Assembly: GCA_963798845.1 (NCBI GenBank)
Contig: CAWCUS010000001.1
Coordinates: 384,001 to 448,000 of the forward strand
Reading direction: 5' to 3'
DNA from: an uncultured Gemmatimonadales bacterium
Lineage (GTDB): Bacteria; Gemmatimonadota; Gemmatimonadetes; Longimicrobiales; RSA9
Length of the DNA: 64,000 nt
Shown here: one piece after another, positions 59,883 through 64,000 of the stretch
Layout: each line of letters begins with the position of its first letter
How positions within the stretch are numbered: position 1 is the stretch's first letter
Notes under the pieces: model-generated
Told to the model about the DNA's origin: nothing
Database searches by the model: none
Seen by the model: the letters and a program-made list of their open reading frames with translations, nothing else
Position numbers and translations under genes: made by a program

Positions 59883-60332
59883 GTGGAGACACTGCGATAT
59901 CAGGACCTGTCGGAACAGGACCGCGAGCTCGTCGACGCCGCCCGCGCCGCGACCGAAACCGCGTACGCGCCATACTCCCGCGTGCGCGTGGGCGCGGCGC
60001 TGCGCACCGCGGCCGGCCGTGTGGTCACGGGCTCCAACGTCGAGAACGCGGCGTACGGCGACACGGTGTGCGCGGAGCGCCTCGCGGTGGGGCGCGCCAA
60101 CGCCGAGGGGGAGCGCGCGTTCCCCGTGGTGGCCGTAACGGCGCGGAGCGACCGCCTCCCCGCCGGCACTCCGGTGGCGCCGTGCGGGACGTGCCGCCAG
60201 GTGCTGCACGAGATGGCCCGGGCCACGGGCACGGAGACGCGCGTGATCATGACGACGCCCGACACGGACGAAGTCACGATCGCCACACTGGACGAGCTGC
60301 TGCCGCTGGCGTTCGACGGCCTCACGCGGTGA
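59883..60332 (+). CDS. cdd: Cytidine deaminase (tetrameric type)
   Basis: [32 protein letters not shown]. Confidence 0.95.
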   Translation: METLRYQDLSEQDRELVDAARAATETAYAPYSRVRVGAALRTAAGRVVTGSNVENAAYGDTVCAERLAVGRANAEGERAFPVVAVTARSDRLPAGTPVAPCGTCRQVLHEMARATGTETRVIMTTPDTDEVTIATLDELLPLAFDGLTR

Positions 60333-61174
60333 TCCTCCTCACCCGCCCGGCTGCGGTCACGCTGATCGAGGCCATGGCGAGGGGCGAGCCCGAAGCCGCC
60401 GCCTCCCTCGACCTGGGCCGGTCCACCGGGACCGTGGCGCTGGACGCCGCCCTCGCCCGCTTCCCCGACGGTCAGACGCTGAGTCGCGAGGCCCTGGACG
60501 CAGTGGCCGGGGGACCGGAGTCCGTGTTCGCGGTGCTCGAGAGCACCGTGGAGAAGGTCACGTGGTTTTCGGCCGAGACCAACAGGGTGTACACGCTGCG
60601 CGCGACGGACGGCTGGCCGGCGCTGGAGATCTCCGGCATCCTGATGCACCGCATCAAGGACACGGATCCGCGGCGGGACGCCGAATCCAAGATCGCCGCC
60701 ATCGCCCCGGTCCGGGGGCGCGTCCTGGAGACCTGCTGCGGCCTGGGCTACTCCGCGATCCTCGCCGCCCGCACCGCCACCCACGTCACGGTCTTCGAGA
60801 TCGACCCGAACGTGCTGGAGATGGCGCGCATCAACCCGTGGTCGCAGCCGCTCTTCGACCCGCGGGGCAACATCGACGTGGTGAACGAGAACATCGCCGA
60901 GGGTATCCACGACATCCCCGGCGACGCGTTCGACTTCGTCATCCACGACCCACCGACCCTCGCGGTGGCAGGAGACCTCTACGCCGGCGACTTCTACCGC
61001 CAGCTTCACCGCGTCCTCCGGCCCGGCGGCCGCCTCTTTCACTACACCGGCGACCCGGGCAGCCGCCACCGCAGGCAGGACCTCCCGGGGCGCGTCGCGC
61101 AGCGGCTGGCCAGCCTCGGCTTCACGGAGGTCCGACGCGAGCCCGCGGCGCTCGGGGTCTCCGCGCGGAAGTAG
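60329..61174 (+). CDS. SAM-dependent methyltransferase (COG2521-like)
   Basis: [60 protein letters not shown] coupling. Confidence 0.8.
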   Translation: MILLTRPAAVTLIEAMARGEPEAAASLDLGRSTGTVALDAALARFPDGQTLSREALDAVAGGPESVFAVLESTVEKVTWFSAETNRVYTLRATDGWPALEISGILMHRIKDTDPRRDAESKIAAIAPVRGRVLETCCGLGYSAILAARTATHVTVFEIDPNVLEMARINPWSQPLFDPRGNIDVVNENIAEGIHDIPGDAFDFVIHDPPTLAVAGDLYAGDFYRQLHRVLRPGGRLFHYTGDPGSRHRRQDLPGRVAQRLASLGFTEVRREPAALGVSARK

Positions 61175-61229
61175 GGCGGCGCGGCGCAGCCCGCGTCCCG
61201 CGGCGGCGCCCGACGCCGCCGCGTGGCGG

Positions 61230-62036
61230 TCAGTCCAACATGCCCGCGGTGGGCGACGATGGCACGGCCCACTCGCGACGGGGCATGCGGCCGGCCAGGT
61301 AGGCGAGGCGGCCGGCTTCCACGGCGAGGTTCATGGCGCGGGCCATGACGGCGGGGTTCTTGGCGGCCGCCAGGGCGGTGTTCATGAGGATGCCGTCGAC
61401 GCCCTGCTCCATGGTGATGCATGCGTCGGAGGCGGTGCCGACGCCGGCATCGACGATGACGGGCACCTCCAGGCGCGTCTTGATCTCCCGCACGTAGTAC
61501 GGGTTGACGAGGCCGAGTCCGCTGCCGATCGGGCTGGCCAGCGGCATCACCGCTGCGCAACCCACGTCCTCGAGGCGGAGCGCCGTGACCACGTCCTCGT
61601 TCGTGTACGCAAGCACCTTGAAGCCGTCGGCGACGAGCGTCTTGGCAGCGGTGAGGGTGGCCTGGACGTCGGGGAGGAGGGTGTGCTCGTCGCCGATGAC
61701 CTCGAGCTTGACGAAGTCGCTCATGCCCGCAGAGCGTGCCAGGCGAGCGTACCGGATGGCGTCCTCGGCCGTGTAGCAGCCCGCCGTGTTGGGAAGCAGG
61801 AAGGACGTCCTGGGATCCAGGTGGTAGAGGATTCCCTCTTCCTTCGTCCGGTCCAGGTCGATCCGGCGCACGGCCACCGTCACCACCTCGGCCCCGGATG
61901 CGGCGATGGCGTCCACCATCTCCCGGTTCGTCGCGTACTTACCCGTGCCCACGAACAGCCGGGAGCGGAACGTCCGCCCGGCGATCACCAGCGGCTCATC
62001 GTGGATCCCCGGGGCCTGCACCGTCGTCTCAGTCAT
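61230..62036 (-). CDS. thiG: Thiazole synthase
   Basis: SRLFVGTGKY, LPNTAGC, VKLEVIGD, MPLASPIGSGLG, VDAGVGTASDA. Confidence 0.97.
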   Translation of the reverse strand: MTETTVQAPGIHDEPLVIAGRTFRSRLFVGTGKYATNREMVDAIAASGAEVVTVAVRRIDLDRTKEEGILYHLDPRTSFLLPNTAGCYTAEDAIRYARLARSAGMSDFVKLEVIGDEHTLLPDVQATLTAAKTLVADGFKVLAYTNEDVVTALRLEDVGCAAVMPLASPIGSGLGLVNPYYVREIKTRLEVPVIVDAGVGTASDACITMEQGVDGILMNTALAAAKNPAVMARAMNLAVEAGRLAYLAGRMPRREWAVPSSPTAGMLD

Positions 62037-62063
62037 TGATTTCTGTGCGCTCGAGTTTCCGCT

Positions 62064-62285
62064 TCAGCGTCCACCACCAACGAAATGCACCAGCTCCAGC
62101 ACGTCTCCCTCTTCCACCTCCACTTCGGGGTAGCGGTCGCGGTCCAGGATCTCCCGGTTCCGCTCCACCACCACGAGGCCGGGATTGAGCCCCAGGGACT
62201 CCAGCAAGCTCTTCACGGTCAGCCCGGCATCGATCGTGCGCTCGTCGCCGTTGACGGTGACCCGGATCCTGACCGTCCCGCTCAC
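62064..62285 (-). CDS. thiS: Sulfur carrier protein ThiS
   Basis: VTVNGD, VVERNREI, GDVLELVHFVGGGR; located between thiE and thiG. Confidence 0.92.
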   Translation of the reverse strand: MSGTVRIRVTVNGDERTIDAGLTVKSLLESLGLNPGLVVVERNREILDRDRYPEVEVEEGDVLELVHFVGGGR

Positions 62286-62911
62286 GCGCTCGCCTCCATG
62301 GCCGCCAGGTACGCCGCTGCCGCCGCGACCGGCTCGTCGGCCGACCACACGCCGCGGATGATCGCGACGCCGTATGCGCCCGCCCGCATGGCCTCCCGCG
62401 CCCGCTCCGGCGTGACCCCGCCGATGGCGACCACCGGTCCCGCGGCCAGACCCGCGGCCTCCTCCACCAGCGCCGTGCCAGCACCCCCCCGGCCGGGGTG
62501 CGAAGCGGTCCGCCAGATGGTGCCCAGCACGACGAAATCCGCGCCGCTGCCGAGGGCCGAAGCCGCTTCGGCGGCGTCGTGGGCCGAGTAGCCGACCGGC
62601 ACGTCCGCGCCGAGGAGGTCGCGTGCGGTCTGGACCGGGAGCGAACGGGCGCCCACCTGGACGCCGGTGTCCGGCACGGCCAGCGCCACGTCCACCCGGT
62701 CGTTCACGAGCACGCGGGCTCCCACCCCGGCGGCCACCGGCGCGAGCGTCCGGGCGAGATCGTAGAGGGTCCGAACCGGGGACGTCGGGCCGCGCAGGTG
62801 CAGCGCCAGCATCGGGCCGTGCGCACGGAGGAGGGCCCGGGCGGCCTCGGCGAAGCCGTTGCTCGCCAGGACCTGGTCGTCCGTGACCACGTGCAGGCGG
62901 GGGAGCCTCAC
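62282..62911 (-). CDS. thiE: Thiamine phosphate synthase / TenI family protein
   Basis: LHVVTD, LVNDRVDVAL, GYSAH, GADFV, PVVAIGGVT; some ThiE motifs diverged. Confidence 0.75.
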   Translation of the reverse strand: MRLPRLHVVTDDQVLASNGFAEAARALLRAHGPMLALHLRGPTSPVRTLYDLARTLAPVAAGVGARVLVNDRVDVALAVPDTGVQVGARSLPVQTARDLLGADVPVGYSAHDAAEAASALGSGADFVVLGTIWRTASHPGRGGAGTALVEEAAGLAAGPVVAIGGVTPERAREAMRAGAYGVAIIRGVWSADEPVAAAAAYLAAMEASA

Positions 62912-63855
62912 TCGAAGCGATCCCCGGGGCTCGCCCCACGGCCCCGCACCCACTCCGCCGCCGTCATCCGGCGCTTGCCGGCGGGCTTCACCTCTCGGAC
63001 CCAGAGCGCGGCCTCGCCGCACGCGACCAGCAGGCCTTCCTCCGCGTGCGATGGCTCGGCCGCCAGCACCGTCCCGGGCTCGCCGCCCCCCGGGGCCTCC
63101 AGTCCGGCAACGCGCGGCCGATAGACCTTGACCTCCTCGCCGCCGAGGCGCGTCCAGGCGCCAGGGACGGCATCCATTCCGCGCACGTGGTCGGCAACGG
63201 CGCGGGCGGGGCGGGACCAGTCCACGCGGGCGTCATCGCGGCCGATGCGCGGGGCATACGTGACCGCGTCGGCGTCCTGCGGCCGCTCGTCCAGCGCGCC
63301 ACCCTCCATCAGCGTGAGCGTCTCGATCAGCGTCTCCGCTCCAAGCTCGCTGAGGCGGACTGTCAGATCGCTCGCCGTCTCCTCGGGGAGGATCGGCTCC
63401 TCCACCTGCATGAGGATCGGGCCCGCGTCCAGCGCCTCCACCATGCGCATGGTGGTGATCCCGGTGGTGGTGTGGCCGAGGATCAGCGCCCAGTTGACCG
63501 GGGCGGCGCCACGCAGTCGTGGCAGCAGCGATGCGTGTACGTTCACCGATCCGAGCCCCGGCACGCCGAGCACTTCGCGGGGGAGGATCTGACCATAGGC
63601 CACCACCACGCTGAGCTCCGGCTGGAGCTTGCGGATCACGTCCACGAAATCCGGGGCGCGGGCACGCTCCGGCTGGAGGACGGGCAGCGCCTCGTTCTGC
63701 GCGAACTGCTTCACCGGCGGAGGGGCGAGCGAGCGCCCCCTCCCCCGCGGGCGGTCCGGCTGCGTGACCACGCCGACCACGTCGTGGCCTTCGCCGAGCA
63801 GCGCCGCCAGCGACGGGAGGGCGAAATCCGGAGTTCCCCAGAACAGGATGCGCAC
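62908..63855 (-). CDS. fmt: Methionyl-tRNA formyltransferase
   Basis: FWGTPDFA, VVTQPDRP, VVAYGQIL, NVHASLLP.LRGAAP, LDAGPI. Confidence 0.97.
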   Translation of the reverse strand: MRILFWGTPDFALPSLAALLGEGHDVVGVVTQPDRPRGRGRSLAPPPVKQFAQNEALPVLQPERARAPDFVDVIRKLQPELSVVVAYGQILPREVLGVPGLGSVNVHASLLPRLRGAAPVNWALILGHTTTGITTMRMVEALDAGPILMQVEEPILPEETASDLTVRLSELGAETLIETLTLMEGGALDERPQDADAVTYAPRIGRDDARVDWSRPARAVADHVRGMDAVPGAWTRLGGEEVKVYRPRVAGLEAPGGGEPGTVLAAEPSHAEEGLLVACGEAALWVREVKPAGKRRMTAAEWVRGRGASPGDRFE

Positions 63856-63859
63856 CGGG

Positions 63860-64000
63860 CTATGCCTTGGAGGCCTCGGCCTCCGGCTTCACCTTCTCCC
63901 ACTTCTTCAGCGCCATCTTCCGCTTGAGCGGCGTCAGACGATCGAAGAAGAGGATGCCGTCCAGGTGGTCCACCTCGTGCTGGAGCACGCGCGCCAGTAG
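63860..64000 (-). CDS. def: Peptide deformylase (C-terminal part)
   Basis: Manual translation [22 protein letters not shown] (QHExDHLxG); directly upstream of fmt. Confidence 0.95.
   Translation of the reverse strand, partial: LLARVLQHEVDHLDGILFFDRLTPLKRKMALKKWEKVKPEAEASKA

Noticed and set aside
61230..62911. TPP riboswitch for thiE-thiS-thiG
   Set aside because: thiE overlaps the fmt stop, leaving no leader, and no TPP aptamer motif was seen.

Overview
Very GC-rich (roughly 70%+ by eye), gene-dense bacterial chromosomal segment. The gene content (PadR/ADOP permeases, BTAD-TPR regulators, barrel-less plug-domain lipoproteins, TamAB) suggests Gemmatimonadota; this is an inference. Housekeeping genes include aroB, folK, tyrS, uvrA, efp, htpX, tamAB, tsaD, cdd, thiGSE, fmt and def. 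There is also a peptidoglycan-salvage locus (NamZ, a NagZ-AmiE fusion, NagB-PIG-L, an Na+/solute symporter) and a CesT/YbjN-PspA-AI-2E operon. Main candidates for novelty: (1) a translationally coupled operon of two Ddl-like ATP-grasp ligases, a GNAT and a lysine 2,3-aminomutase-type radical SAM enzyme; (2) its leader, an apparent attenuator with a 9-codon leader ORF and mutually exclusive antiterminator/terminator hairpins; (3) intergenic arrays built from a constant linker plus interchangeable mini-hairpins; (4) three genes that look fused or truncated by internal deletion. No rRNA, tRNA, CRISPR-cas, integrase or transposase was recognised. Start codons were chosen by eye and no database searches were run.
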